64,000 nt of DNA from Promethearchaeota archaeon (GCA_048937405.1 JBHLNF010000004.1:96001-160000); one strand, 5' to 3'. Positions 9,040-22,034 are shown, numbered from the stretch's first letter. Numbers and translations are program-made. Notes: generated from the sequence alone by a model not told the origin.

Positions 9040-10521
9040 TTAATTACCTCCTCTGGTTACTGGTGCAATTTTACGATAGATGTTCAATTCTTGTTCTAGC
9101 TGATAAGCTATGTTAAGTATTCCTTTCTCATCAAAATAATCCCCAATTATTTGAAATCCCACAGGCAAGTTATTACCATCAAAACCACAGGGGATAGATA
9201 CTGCTGGAATACCTGCTAAATTAACAGGACAAGTCAGTATATCTGCGAGGTACATCTGTAAAGGATCATCAATTAACTCTCCAATTTTGAAAGCTGTTGA
9301 AGGCATTGTTGGAGAGACAATAGCATCACATTTTTTAAAAGCTTCTGAAAAATCATTTTTTATTAAAGTCCTAACCTTTAAAGCTTTCATATAGAACATA
9401 TCATAATATCCCGCAGATAAGGCATAAGTACCTAAAAAAATTCTTCTTCGTACCTCACTCCCTAATTTTTCAACTCTAGTCCTACTAAATACATCGTAAA
9501 CATCCCCTGAAAGATTTTCACTCATATTTCCATATCTTAAACCGTCATATCTCGCTAAATTTGAACTAGCTTCGCTCATACAAATTAAATAATAAGTTGC
9601 AACAGTGTATTCTAAGTGAGGTATTGAAATGGGTATTATTTTTGCCCCCAATCCTTCTAATTTAGTAATTGCTTTTTTAATAATATTCTCTACTTCCTTA
9701 TTTACACCCTCTCCAAAAAATTCTTTTGGGACACCCAATACTTTCTTATTAATAGGATTATCTAATTCTTCTGTATAATTATCAACTTTTTTATCTACTG
9801 ATGTAGAATCAAGGAGATCCTTACCTGAAATTATTTCAAGCATTAGAGCAGAATCATTTACACATTTAGTAATTGTGCCAATCTGATCTAACGAATTCGC
9901 GAATGCTACTAATCCAAATCTAGAAACTCTACCATATGTAGGTTTTAATCCAACAGTTCCACAGAATGAAGCAGGACAACGAATGCTCCCGCCAGTGTCA
10001 CTCCCTAAAGCTAGTATTGTTTGTCCTGATGCTATACTAGCGGCAGAACCACCACTCGAGCCCCCTGGTACTCTTGTTAGATCCCAAGGATTATATGTAG
10101 GGCCATAACAACTGTTTTCTGTAGAACTTCCCATTGCAAATTCATCCATATTTGTATTTCCTATATGAATTGCTCCCTGATCCTCAATGAGACGTTCAAT
10201 AACAAATGCATTATAAGGTGGACAATAATCTTTCAATATTTTTGAACTACAAGTTGTTGGAAAATCTTTAATGCATATAAGATCTTTATTGGCCAAAGGC
10301 AAACCATACAAATCCCCTACTTTTTTACCATTTTTAAGATCCTTATCAATTCTTTTTGCTTTTGCTAAAGCTTTTTCTTTCGATAATTTAACAAAGGAGT
10401 GAAGTAAATCCTCTTTCTCTTCTGTCCTTTCAAAACACGTTTCTAATAACTCTTGAACTGAGATATCCCTATTTTTTATCATTTCAATTAATTCATATCC
10501 CATATATTCAAAGAGTTTCAT
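9040..10521 (-). CDS. gatA: Asp/Glu-tRNA amidotransferase subunit A
   Basis: Amidase signature GGSSGGSAA, GSDTGGSIR, NMDEFAMGSSTE, SNLARYDG. Confidence 0.97.
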   Translation of the reverse strand: MKLFEYMGYELIEMIKNRDISVQELLETCFERTEEKEDLLHSFVKLSKEKALAKAKRIDKDLKNGKKVGDLYGLPLANKDLICIKDFPTTCSSKILKDYCPPYNAFVIERLIEDQGAIHIGNTNMDEFAMGSSTENSCYGPTYNPWDLTRVPGGSSGGSAASIASGQTILALGSDTGGSIRCPASFCGTVGLKPTYGRVSRFGLVAFANSLDQIGTITKCVNDSALMLEIISGKDLLDSTSVDKKVDNYTEELDNPINKKVLGVPKEFFGEGVNKEVENIIKKAITKLEGLGAKIIPISIPHLEYTVATYYLICMSEASSNLARYDGLRYGNMSENLSGDVYDVFSRTRVEKLGSEVRRRIFLGTYALSAGYYDMFYMKALKVRTLIKNDFSEAFKKCDAIVSPTMPSTAFKIGELIDDPLQMYLADILTCPVNLAGIPAVSIPCGFDGNNLPVGFQIIGDYFDEKGILNIAYQLEQELNIYRKIAPVTRGGN

Positions 10522-10611
10522 TTAAATCAGATCAAAATCAATTGAAAGTTTTATGATAAATAAAAAATTGATAACAATTAATACTTAAGCATGAAAATCA
10601 AAATTAATTTC

Positions 10612-11913
10612 TTAAGGTGATTTTCTAATCATAGTTCTGGGAAATGGTATGGCATCTTTAATATTCTCTATTCCACATAGCCACATAACAACTCTTTCAA
10701 CTCCTACGCCATAACCAGAGTGGGGAACACTACCATAGCGTCTTAATTCAAAATACCACTCATAATTTTTAGGATTTTCACCATCAGATTCTAATCTTCT
10801 AATCATATCATCAATTAATAAAGAGCGTTCAGATCCCCCTACAATTTCACAATATCCTTCTGGTGCGAGCATATCAAAACATAATGCTTCTTTAGGATTA
10901 TCATTACTTGGTGGTTTATAAAATCCCATGATCTCAGTGGGATAATGCGTAACTACAACAGGCACCTTAAAATGATCTGCTATTTTTGCTTCTTCAATAG
11001 TTCTTAAATCCTTACCCCAAGGAACATTCATCTTATATTTAGAATTAAGAATTTCTAATGCTTCTGCATATTTAATAGTAGGATATTCTGCTTGAACATA
11101 ATGCTCTAATAATGTAATATCTCTCTCTAAGATTTCTAATTCTTTTCGATTATGTTGTAAAACTTGCTTAACAATAAATCGAATCTCATCCTTTGCAACT
11201 TCGGTAACTTCATCTAATTGCATCCAAGCAGCTTCCATTTCAGCCATCCAAAATTCTGATAGATGTCTTGAGGTTTTAGATTTTTCTGCTCTGAACGTTG
11301 GTCCCATATTATATATTTTCCCTAATGAAAAAATACCTGCTTCCGCATACAATTGCCATGTTTGGCTAAGATATATGATATCGTTGAAATATTTTACTTC
11401 AAATAAGGTAGCTCCTCCCTCAGATTGGCTAGGTTGAAAAATCGGAGCATCAAACTCATAATATCCATTATTTCTAAAAAATTCATGTATCGCTCCAACA
11501 ATAGTATGTCGTATTTTTAAAATAGCATTCAATTTTCTGGATCTCAACCATAAATGTCTATTATCATACAACAATTCTGGAGATTGGTGTTCTGTAATCG
11601 GAAACGGTTCAGCAATTTGAATTATTTCCAAATCTGAAACTGAAACTTCGTAACCTGTAGGTGCTCTATCATCTTTCTTTAATTCACCTGATACTTTTAC
11701 TGAAGATTCAATTGTTAGTTTTTCAGCCATTTCAAAGATCTCTGGATTTTTAGCTTTAGAAACAACACACTGAATTATATCTGATTCATCTCTTAATACA
11801 ATGAAAATGAATTTATTCGATTTTCGTTCTCTGTAAATCCAACCTCTTAAATTTACCTTCACTGTGCCTTTCTTAAGAGCATCATCAATTGTTGTGTATT
11901 TTGAATCTCTCAT
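10612..11913 (-). CDS. asnS: Asparagine--tRNA ligase
   Basis: N-terminal OB fold; LSQTWQLY, FRAEKSKTSRHLSEFWMAE, EIVGGSER, PHSGYGVGVER (AsnRS-type, not AspRS QSPQLYKQ). Confidence 0.92.
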   Translation of the reverse strand: MRDSKYTTIDDALKKGTVKVNLRGWIYRERKSNKFIFIVLRDESDIIQCVVSKAKNPEIFEMAEKLTIESSVKVSGELKKDDRAPTGYEVSVSDLEIIQIAEPFPITEHQSPELLYDNRHLWLRSRKLNAILKIRHTIVGAIHEFFRNNGYYEFDAPIFQPSQSEGGATLFEVKYFNDIIYLSQTWQLYAEAGIFSLGKIYNMGPTFRAEKSKTSRHLSEFWMAEMEAAWMQLDEVTEVAKDEIRFIVKQVLQHNRKELEILERDITLLEHYVQAEYPTIKYAEALEILNSKYKMNVPWGKDLRTIEEAKIADHFKVPVVVTHYPTEIMGFYKPPSNDNPKEALCFDMLAPEGYCEIVGGSERSLLIDDMIRRLESDGENPKNYEWYFELRRYGSVPHSGYGVGVERVVMWLCGIENIKDAIPFPRTMIRKSP

Positions 11914-12016
11914 TATTAAATAAAAGGGTATCTATATATATTTACATTGTATATTCAAAAATTATAACTAAATTAATAGGAGCTATCTAAAAAATTTGAC
12001 TGTAATATTAAAAAAT

Positions 12017-12802
12017 CTAATCTTCTTCTTGTTTTTTGAGAAGATATTTGGAGAAAATATTCATGTAAAGACACTCTTCTGGGCTCATCTCCGGAGTTAG
12101 CTGAGGATTATCTGTAAATACTACACTACTATTCCTGATTATAACTACTGGTGTTTGTTGATCAGCTTCACTTAATAGAAATTGAGCAGCACTCGCAAGA
12201 TCATCCGCTATTGCTCTCATTGTTATTTCCATAGGTCTATTAAAAAGATCAGGATGTCCGCGTAAATCTTCAACTGGTTCAAAACCTGCTGTTGCTATAG
12301 CTATTCCAATAGTCCCTTTTCTAAGGGGTTGAACTCTTGAATCTGCAATAATTACACCAAAATTATTAACTTTAAACTCTTTCTTTAAATCTCTCCAATA
12401 TCTCCAAGCAACTTCATTTAGATCTTTTGGTAACAGCACAACATTTCCCATACCTGCATTTGATTGATCAATTCCAGCATTAGCTATTAAAAAATCATTA
12501 ATTTTTGCTAAAATAACATGCCTCATCCCACCAAGAATCATGGAAGATTCTTGCAAGATTAATTCGACAAATCTTTCGTCCATATCATATTCTTTTGCTA
12601 ATATTTTAGCTCTTTGTGATACTTTTTCTACTTCTGATAAATTAATTACCCTACCCTGAGATATAGCAATTACTTTCTCAGCAATTACAATGATATCTCC
12701 TTCGATTATTGATTTTCCTTGATCCTTAATAGTTTGAATAATAATTTCCAATAAAGGATCTTGTTTCTTAATGAGAGGTAACTTGATTGAAAATAATTCC
12801 AT
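12017..12802 (-). CDS. cofE: CofE-family gamma-glutamyl ligase (F420-0:L-glutamate ligase or FolC2-like)
   Basis: ANAGIDQSN, VIIADS...LRKG..GIA, DLRG.PDLF, IADDLASAA. Confidence 0.85.
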   Translation of the reverse strand: MELFSIKLPLIKKQDPLLEIIIQTIKDQGKSIIEGDIIVIAEKVIAISQGRVINLSEVEKVSQRAKILAKEYDMDERFVELILQESSMILGGMRHVILAKINDFLIANAGIDQSNAGMGNVVLLPKDLNEVAWRYWRDLKKEFKVNNFGVIIADSRVQPLRKGTIGIAIATAGFEPVEDLRGHPDLFNRPMEITMRAIADDLASAAQFLLSEADQQTPVVIIRNSSVVFTDNPQLTPEMSPEECLYMNIFSKYLLKKQEED

Positions 12803-12859
12803 AGCAGATAATAGAATAATACTTATTTGAAATATTTTGTTGCATTTAATAGATAAGTA

Positions 12860-13723
12860 ATGAAGAAGATATATACAAAACTATTTAATTTTTTAGAGAT
12901 CGGTGATGATTTCCCCCCTATAATAGTTGGAGTTATAAATCTCAGTCCTGAATCATTTTATAAAGGTTCAATTTATTTAAAACCTGAAAAAGTTAAAAAA
13001 GCTGCTTTAGAAATGATACAAAATGGTGCCCAGATTCTGGATTTAGGGGGGCGTTCTACTGCCCCTTGGTCTGAGAAAATTACGATAGAAGAAGAAATAA
13101 ATCGTATAAAAACTGCTATGGAATCTGTATGTAAAGTTATTCCAGATAATATTATAATATCTGTGGATACTCAATACCGCAAAGTTGCTGAAGTTGCCTT
13201 TGATATTGCTAATAAAACAAACAAAAGAATAATTATCAACGATGTAAGTTGTTTAAAAACAGATCCTTCTTTAGAAGATTATATAGTTTCTAAAGATCTT
13301 CCAATTATTATAATGGCATCAAAAAAAATTCCTGGAGATTTATGTACTATTGAGGAGATTTTAGATGAATTCCATAATACTATTAAATCTCTAAAAAACA
13401 AGGGTTATGATGATAATAAAATTATATTGGATCCTGGAATTGGTCATTGGATTGAAAAAAAAATTCATATATATGATTTAAAGATAATAGGAAACTTATC
13501 TAAATTTAAAGAATTGGAAAAACCAATATTAGTTGCAATATCTAGAAAATCCTTTATAGGAACGACTCTAAATATCCCTGAACCTGAAAAAAGATTAGAT
13601 GGGACACTAGCTGCTACTGCAATTGCGATTTTTAATGGTGCGCATTTAGTGCGAACTCATGATGTTAATACACAACTTTTAGACTTTGTTAAAATGGCAG
13701 AAGAACTTCGAAAAAATAAGTAA
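12860..13723 (+). CDS. folP: Dihydropteroate synthase
   Basis: GVINLSPESF, ISVDT, INDVS, LDPGIG, SRKSFIG, VRTHDV. Confidence 0.93.
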   Translation: MKKIYTKLFNFLEIGDDFPPIIVGVINLSPESFYKGSIYLKPEKVKKAALEMIQNGAQILDLGGRSTAPWSEKITIEEEINRIKTAMESVCKVIPDNIIISVDTQYRKVAEVAFDIANKTNKRIIINDVSCLKTDPSLEDYIVSKDLPIIIMASKKIPGDLCTIEEILDEFHNTIKSLKNKGYDDNKIILDPGIGHWIEKKIHIYDLKIIGNLSKFKELEKPILVAISRKSFIGTTLNIPEPEKRLDGTLAATAIAIFNGAHLVRTHDVNTQLLDFVKMAEELRKNK

Positions 13724-13886
13724 TTTTGTTATTTTTACATTCTAAAACATTCAGTAATTTTGTGAATTTTATATATGTCTACTTTTATCATAATAGTAAT
13801 ATATTAATATAGAAGATCTTATCTATTATAGATAAATTTATAAAAAAATTGTATTTTTTTAGTTACCTAGTTAATCAAATCAATTA

Positions 13887-14633
13887 GTGAAAAAAATGGG
13901 TTTTGATCAACTTTCTGATATTGATAGAGTGAATGGTATTTTTGCTCTAATTTTTATTACAATTTCAATCATAATAGGCTTTAGAATTCTACTTAAATAT
14001 ATAACTCTGAAAAGAAAAGAACTGTTTACAATTGGTTTAGCATGGATTTTTTTGAGTTCAGCATGGTGGGGTGGAGCTGCTTCCTTTCTTTGGATGATAT
14101 TTACTGATGAAAGATTAAGCCTTATTCCATTCTTAATAATGAGTAATATGTTTATTCCAATCGCATTGATATGCTGGATTTACTCTGTAGTACACATTTT
14201 TTATACTGAAAGCGAAAAAATAATTACTTTTTTAGTTATTATTGTCTGTGCAATCTATGATCTATTAATTTTGGTATTTCTTTTTATTGATACTGATTTA
14301 GTTGGACATATTGAAGGTGATATCAATGCCGTACCTACACTTTTTCCACTAATTTTTCAAATTGGTGCAATCCTTACAGCGTTAATAACTGGTTCTCTTT
14401 TCTCAATAAAATCAATTAAAATTGATGATCCTGAAGTAAAATTAAAAGGAAAAATATTATTAATTGGGTTCATCTCTTTTAGTTTTGCTGCGTTTATGGA
14501 TGCTATAATTGCGGATATAACTGTATTCTTAATTATAACTCGGATAATCCTAATTTCAAGCTCAATTGAATATTATATCGGATTTTTTTTACCTAAAATA
14601 TTAGCCAATAAAGTAAATAAAGTTAAAAACTAG
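13887..14633 (+). CDS. Hypothetical ~7-TM membrane protein (likely start ATG 13896)
   Basis: Seven hydrophobic segments. Confidence 0.75.
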   Translation: MKKMGFDQLSDIDRVNGIFALIFITISIIIGFRILLKYITLKRKELFTIGLAWIFLSSAWWGGAASFLWMIFTDERLSLIPFLIMSNMFIPIALICWIYSVVHIFYTESEKIITFLVIIVCAIYDLLILVFLFIDTDLVGHIEGDINAVPTLFPLIFQIGAILTALITGSLFSIKSIKIDDPEVKLKGKILLIGFISFSFAAFMDAIIADITVFLIITRIILISSSIEYYIGFFLPKILANKVNKVKN

Positions 14634-14706
14634 TCAACTTTTTTAAATTTAATATTTTAAATTCCTAAAATCGAAGTGAGACCCTCTGGTAAAGATTTTT
14701 CAAGAT

Positions 14707-15096
14707 TTGTGGATTATGTCTGAAGAAGGAATTGTCTTATTCAGTCGTGTATTTGATCCCAAGGTTGATGCTCAATTATTTGGAGGGCTTATGAGTGCTT
14801 TGAATACTATTGCAGAGACTCTCTCTGAGGGGGGTTTATCTAATTTTCAACTAAGCGATATGCGATTTACGATAATGAAAATGAATAAACTCATATTTGT
14901 AGCAAATGCTTCATTATCGGTAAAAGATAAAAAACTTCGAGAAGAAATACAAAAGATTGCTGAAAAATTCTTTACAAAATATCCAGAGAATATAATTAAA
15001 AACTGGGATTATGATATCAGCATATTCGATGATTTTGAAAAGGATATTGAAGATACCTTAAAAAATCCTATGAAGAAGTTCTGGAATGGATTTTAG
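14707..15096 (+). CDS. Longin/roadblock-like small protein (possible CTG start at 14686)
   Basis: WI..GIVLFSR...LFGGLMSAL...L..F pattern. Confidence 0.7.
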   Translation: MWIMSEEGIVLFSRVFDPKVDAQLFGGLMSALNTIAETLSEGGLSNFQLSDMRFTIMKMNKLIFVANASLSVKDKKLREEIQKIAEKFFTKYPENIIKNWDYDISIFDDFEKDIEDTLKNPMKKFWNGF

Positions 15097-15399
15097 GTGG
15101 AAATTATTAATAAATCTTCAAAATTCAATTGAAGAAAATTATGATAATTTCTAATTTTGCAGAAAAACAACTTTGAAAATTATGATTAGTGGATTGAATA
15201 TCTGGAAAAAATGTAACGATTTCTAGTAAATCATAATATTTAATTAAAAAATATTTCTTTTGAGTGTATAGATTCCAAGAAACCTTATTTTTGAGCGTTG
15301 AAAAACTGCAGATATATTTAAATGCGTGGATTTCCATTATTTATATGTAGATCAATAAAATTTCATAGTATTTTGAATATTTTTATGACTTCAAATTAA

Positions 15400-17445
<2,046 letters not shown>

Positions 17446-17493
17446 TTCTTAATTAAAAATCTAAAATAATTTAAAATTGAGATGGTGTCATAA

Positions 17494-19932
17494 TTGACTT
17501 CAGAACAAATTGAAGAAATTTTATTAAAAGATGAAATGCAAAGTGCCTACATCGATTATGCTATGAGCGTGGTTGTTGGGAGGGCCATTCCAGATGTTAG
17601 AGATGGACTCAAACATGTACATAGACGTATTATCTATGCTATGGCAGAAAGTAATTGGAATTATAATAGTTCACATGTTAAATGTGCTAAAATTGTAGGG
17701 CAAGTTTTAGGGAATTATCATCCTCATGGGGATATGGCTGTTTATAATGCATTAGTTCGAATGGGACAAGATTTTTCTTTAAGATATCCATTAATCCATC
17801 CACAGGGGAATTTTGGGTCAATAGATGGAGATCCTCCCGCAGCTTATAGGTATACTGAAGCAAGATTGTCTCAAATTTCAAATGAATTAATTGAAGATAT
17901 TGATAAAGAAACAGTAGAATTTGTACCTAATTTTGATAATAGTACTGTTGAACCACTATATTTACCAGCAAAACTTCCAAATATTTTGTTAAATGGTACA
18001 AAAGGTATTGCTGTAGGAATGGCAACATCTATGGCACCACATAATTTAACAGAAGTTTGTAATGGTATTATCGCAACTATTAATGAGCCTGATATTTCAA
18101 TAGAGGAATTAATGGAGATAATAAAAGGACCTGATTTTCCAACAGGTGGTATTATTACTGATACTAATGGAATCTCAAATGCATATCATACTGGTAATGG
18201 GACCATAAATATTAGCGGTAGAATCGAAACTGAAACAACTGCGAAAAAGACTAGTCTTATCATTACAGAGATCCCATATTTGGTGAATAAAACCGATTTA
18301 ATTGAATCTATTGCCAAATTGATTAAGGATGGTATTCTTAAAGATGTTAGAGATTTGAGAGATGAGTCAGATAGGAAAGGTATGCGTATTGTATTAGATT
18401 TAGCTAAAAATGCTCAACCAGTCATAGTAAAAAATATTCTCTTTAAGAGAACGAGACTTCTCACAACTTTCAACATAACAAATTTAGTTTTAATTAATGA
18501 AGGTAAACAACCTAAAATCCTCAATCTAAAAGAGATAATTAATGAATATATTGAGCACCGATTAATAATCATTCAAAAAAGGACAGAGTATCTTCTCAAA
18601 AAGGCAAAAGATCGGCTTCATAGGGTTGAGGGGCTTTTAATTGCATTAAATGATATTGATAATGTAGTGAATTTGATAAAAAGTTCAAAAGATACTAATG
18701 AAGCTAAAACTAAATTAAAAACCACTTATAAGTTAAGTGACATACAAGTCCAATCAATTTTGAGTATGCCATTATCAAGATTAACAAATTTGGAACAGCA
18801 AAAGTTAGTTGATGAGCAAAAATCATTACAAGCTAGTATTAAGGAATACAATAAAATTCTGAAAGAAAAACAAGTTCGCTTAAACATTATCAAAAATGAT
18901 TTAATGGAATTAAACAAAAAGTATGGTGATGATAGAAAGACTGAAATCAAAATGGTGGAGCATCATGAAATAAAAGAAATTGAAAAGATTGATTTAATCA
19001 AAAAAGAAACCACCATAGTAATTTTTACAAAAAACCAATACATTAAAAGAATCTCGTTAGAAGAATATCAAGCTCAAAGACGAGGAGGTCGTGGGAAAAA
19101 GAGTATGACTATTCGTGAGGAAGATTTTATTACAGATCTATTTGTTAGTACAACTCATGATACCATTCTAATTTTCACTTCGAAAGGAAGGGTTTATTCC
19201 ATTAGATGTTTTGATATACCGTTACAAAAGCGAACTGCGCGAGGAAAGCCAATTATTAATTTTATCCCTCTACAATCAGGTGAAAATATTTCTGCTATGA
19301 TACCAATTAATAACTTCAATACGAATGAAATGCTTATTATGACTACAAAGAAAGGGATTATCAAAAAAGTCCCTTTAAAATTATTCTCTAAATTTAAAAC
19401 CACAGGAGTAAGAGCACAAAGAATCAGACCAGATGATGAATTGGTAAGTGCTAAAAGACTCTCAAATGAACTCCAAGATATTTTTATAGCTACAAAATTA
19501 GGATATGCAGTAAGATTCGATGAATCAGAATTACGTGAATTAGGTAGAAATTCTATGGGAGTAAAGGGAGCAGAATTAAGAGAAAATGATGAAGTTATCG
19601 ATACACTCCTTGTATCTGATGATGAGATAATATTGACTCTTACCCAAAATGCATATGGTCAAAGAACCTACGTTAAAGAATATCGAAAAACTGGACGAGG
19701 GGCAAAAGGAGTAAAAAATATAACGCTTGATAAAACTAAAGATGATAGGGTCATTGCCACAAAAATTGCTAAAAACATGGACTTATTAATTGGAACAGAA
19801 CAAGGACAAATGATCCGACTGCCAGTAGATTCTATAAGAATCACTCATAGAACAGCTAAGGGTGTTCGAGTAATTAAACTTTACGAAGATGATTTCGTAG
19901 TAGCAATTGGAAAGTGTGAACAAGAACCATAA
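17494..19932 (+). CDS. gyrA: DNA gyrase subunit A
   Basis: YHPHGD, AAYRYTEA catalytic Tyr, GyrA-box QRRGGRG, C-terminal pinwheel repeats. Confidence 0.97.
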   Translation: MTSEQIEEILLKDEMQSAYIDYAMSVVVGRAIPDVRDGLKHVHRRIIYAMAESNWNYNSSHVKCAKIVGQVLGNYHPHGDMAVYNALVRMGQDFSLRYPLIHPQGNFGSIDGDPPAAYRYTEARLSQISNELIEDIDKETVEFVPNFDNSTVEPLYLPAKLPNILLNGTKGIAVGMATSMAPHNLTEVCNGIIATINEPDISIEELMEIIKGPDFPTGGIITDTNGISNAYHTGNGTINISGRIETETTAKKTSLIITEIPYLVNKTDLIESIAKLIKDGILKDVRDLRDESDRKGMRIVLDLAKNAQPVIVKNILFKRTRLLTTFNITNLVLINEGKQPKILNLKEIINEYIEHRLIIIQKRTEYLLKKAKDRLHRVEGLLIALNDIDNVVNLIKSSKDTNEAKTKLKTTYKLSDIQVQSILSMPLSRLTNLEQQKLVDEQKSLQASIKEYNKILKEKQVRLNIIKNDLMELNKKYGDDRKTEIKMVEHHEIKEIEKIDLIKKETTIVIFTKNQYIKRISLEEYQAQRRGGRGKKSMTIREEDFITDLFVSTTHDTILIFTSKGRVYSIRCFDIPLQKRTARGKPIINFIPLQSGENISAMIPINNFNTNEMLIMTTKKGIIKKVPLKLFSKFKTTGVRAQRIRPDDELVSAKRLSNELQDIFIATKLGYAVRFDESELRELGRNSMGVKGAELRENDEVIDTLLVSDDEIILTLTQNAYGQRTYVKEYRKTGRGAKGVKNITLDKTKDDRVIATKIAKNMDLLIGTEQGQMIRLPVDSIRITHRTAKGVRVIKLYEDDFVVAIGKCEQEP

Positions 19933-19937
19933 AAAAC

Positions 19938-20300
19938 TTATTCTTTCTTTTTCAAGTATGGAATTAGACAGAGAAAGATTAGATTATCTTCACCGATATT
20001 ATCTATTCCATGTCTTTCATTAGGCGGAATATATACAAAATCACCCTCATTTGCAATTTCAACTTTACCTTCATCATTATAGAATTTTCCTTGTCCAGAT
20101 AACACATATATTTCATGATCCTCAGAATGATTATGAAGAGGAACTTTTTGCCCTTTTCCAACCTTTATTCTTCTCATTGCAAAATTCTTAGCCCCTAAAT
20201 TTTCATCAATTAACCATCTAATAGAAATTCCATCTGCTTTTGTTCCATCAGCTAATATAGCTTCTTTTTCTTCGATTTCTTTATAATTCTTTTTTAGCAT
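19938..20300 (-). CDS. Cupin domain protein
   Basis: PLHNH..DHEIYVLSG...IPPNERH. Confidence 0.9.
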   Translation of the reverse strand: MLKKNYKEIEEKEAILADGTKADGISIRWLIDENLGAKNFAMRRIKVGKGQKVPLHNHSEDHEIYVLSGQGKFYNDEGKVEIANEGDFVYIPPNERHGIDNIGEDNLIFLCLIPYLKKKE

Positions 20301-20484
20301 AAATTAATTAAAATACTTGATCTATTAAAACTATAGTTTATTTATTTGTATACTTCTTATATGAGAGTTTTATCAATTAAGAATTTTTTACATAAGAAAT
20401 GACACTAAAAATAATTATTTAAGTTATAATTTAAATAGCTAATAATAAATCAATATTATATACCAAAATTACCATCTAGAAATT

Positions 20485-21417
20485 ATGACTAAGAATATAG
20501 CAATAGGTTTCGATCACTCCCATAATAATAAATTAACAATTGAAAACAATGCGTTTACTGATTTTATTCAGTATCTTTTTGATTCTGATTTTAAATTGGG
20601 AAAAATTGAAGCAGGTCTAACCTGTGAAAAGTTAAATAATTATGATCTCTTTATAATCGGTGTACCTCATCTTGGTCCAGATCTTGATCCTGACGAAATC
20701 GACGATTTAGTTGAATATGTTAAGAATGGTGGAAGCCTCCTTATCATTAATGATGGGGGTGGGGATTATGAAAATAAAAATAATCTTTCTGAATTAACCA
20801 AAAACTTTGGTATTGCTTTTAATTCAGATATATTATTTGATGATAAAAGTTTCTCGAAAGAGAATTCTCACCCCATAATTAGAGATTTTAGAAGTCACTT
20901 TATCACAAGAGATATTACTCAGATTATTCATTCTAATGGCTGTTCTATAAAAATCGATAAATCGATTGAAGATGAAGATATTGATGTGAATGGCTTAGCA
21001 TTTTCTTCAGCAAATTCTTCATGGCAAAAGTATTTCAATGGGGATGAATGGTTAGAAAAATCTGAACAACATCTTCCAATCGCGGGGGTTTCACATTACA
21101 ACTCTGGAAAAGTCGTTGCTATCGGAAATTTATCACTATTTTCAAGTTTGAATAAATCTTACGGAATATTAGCGGGTGATAATTTTAAATTTGTTACAAA
21201 CATTGTTTCTTGGTTGTTAAATAAAATAGACTCTGATCAAGAGCTAGAATTAAAGCCAATACTTACTACTGTTGCTATTAACCAAGACTTATACTATTGG
21301 ATTAAAGAAATGGTTAACAAAGGGAGATGGGCAAATCTCGAGGAATTAGTCAATTTTGCTTTAAGAGTTGTAAAAATTAGATTGAAAGATGCAGAGAAAG
21401 ATGTCAGAGATGAATGA
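20485..21417 (+). CDS. GIFT/IFT52-like (DUF4350-type) domain protein with C-terminal ribbon-helix-helix-like tail
   Basis: FDHSH, YDLFIIGVP, EYVKNGGSLLII, FGIAFNSD, GKVVAIG..LF, DNFKF..N.V.WL. Confidence 0.65.
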   Translation: MTKNIAIGFDHSHNNKLTIENNAFTDFIQYLFDSDFKLGKIEAGLTCEKLNNYDLFIIGVPHLGPDLDPDEIDDLVEYVKNGGSLLIINDGGGDYENKNNLSELTKNFGIAFNSDILFDDKSFSKENSHPIIRDFRSHFITRDITQIIHSNGCSIKIDKSIEDEDIDVNGLAFSSANSSWQKYFNGDEWLEKSEQHLPIAGVSHYNSGKVVAIGNLSLFSSLNKSYGILAGDNFKFVTNIVSWLLNKIDSDQELELKPILTTVAINQDLYYWIKEMVNKGRWANLEELVNFALRVVKIRLKDAEKDVRDE

Positions 21418-21931
21418 AGAACAAGTATTAATAGGACTTATAAGCGATACACATGTACACTCAAATTTTCCAACCATCTTAAATAAAATTATAGATGATT
21501 TTAAAGAAAAGAAAATTGATTATTTAATTCATTTAGGAGATTATACAAGTTATACCATATATGAAAACTTCCAGAATATATTCAGTAAGGAGAAATTTAT
21601 TGGAATTAAAGGTAATATGGATGATTCAAATTTGAAGGAAGAACTTCCAGAAAAAATGGAATTAGAATTATTTGGACATAAAATATTTATTACTCATGGT
21701 GAGGGTGGACCTCACAATATTATAAAGCTTTTAAACAGAAGATTTGATTTATCTAATTATGATGTCATAATTTTTGGACATGCACACCGACCTTTTAATG
21801 AAACTTGGGAAGATGGAAAATTATATATCAACCCTGGCTCTCCAACAGATAAAAGATTTACTAAAATTAACTCCTATGGATACTTAAAACTCTCTCATGA
21901 AAAAATTGAGCCAGAAATAATATATTTATAG
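21389..21931 (+). CDS. YfcE/Vps29-family metallophosphoesterase
   Basis: SDTH, HLGD, GNMD, THG, FGHAH, NPGS. Confidence 0.9.
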   Translation: MQRKMSEMNEEQVLIGLISDTHVHSNFPTILNKIIDDFKEKKIDYLIHLGDYTSYTIYENFQNIFSKEKFIGIKGNMDDSNLKEELPEKMELELFGHKIFITHGEGGPHNIIKLLNRRFDLSNYDVIIFGHAHRPFNETWEDGKLYINPGSPTDKRFTKINSYGYLKLSHEKIEPEIIYL

Positions 21932-22034
21932 CTGAATATTCTCTTAAAAATAAAATTTATATTTAATAAATTTCTATAAAATTAAATCCTAACAAAATAA
22001 ATCTAGTCCAAATCATAAAATCTTCAATAAATGA

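Noticed and set aside
15125-15337. 70-aa intergenic ORF
   Set aside because: No recognisable motif; lies in the AT-rich gyrB upstream region
22032-22034. TGA as selenocysteine read-through
   Set aside because: Another in-frame stop lies 14 codons upstream with no start between; no Sec context or SECIS recognised
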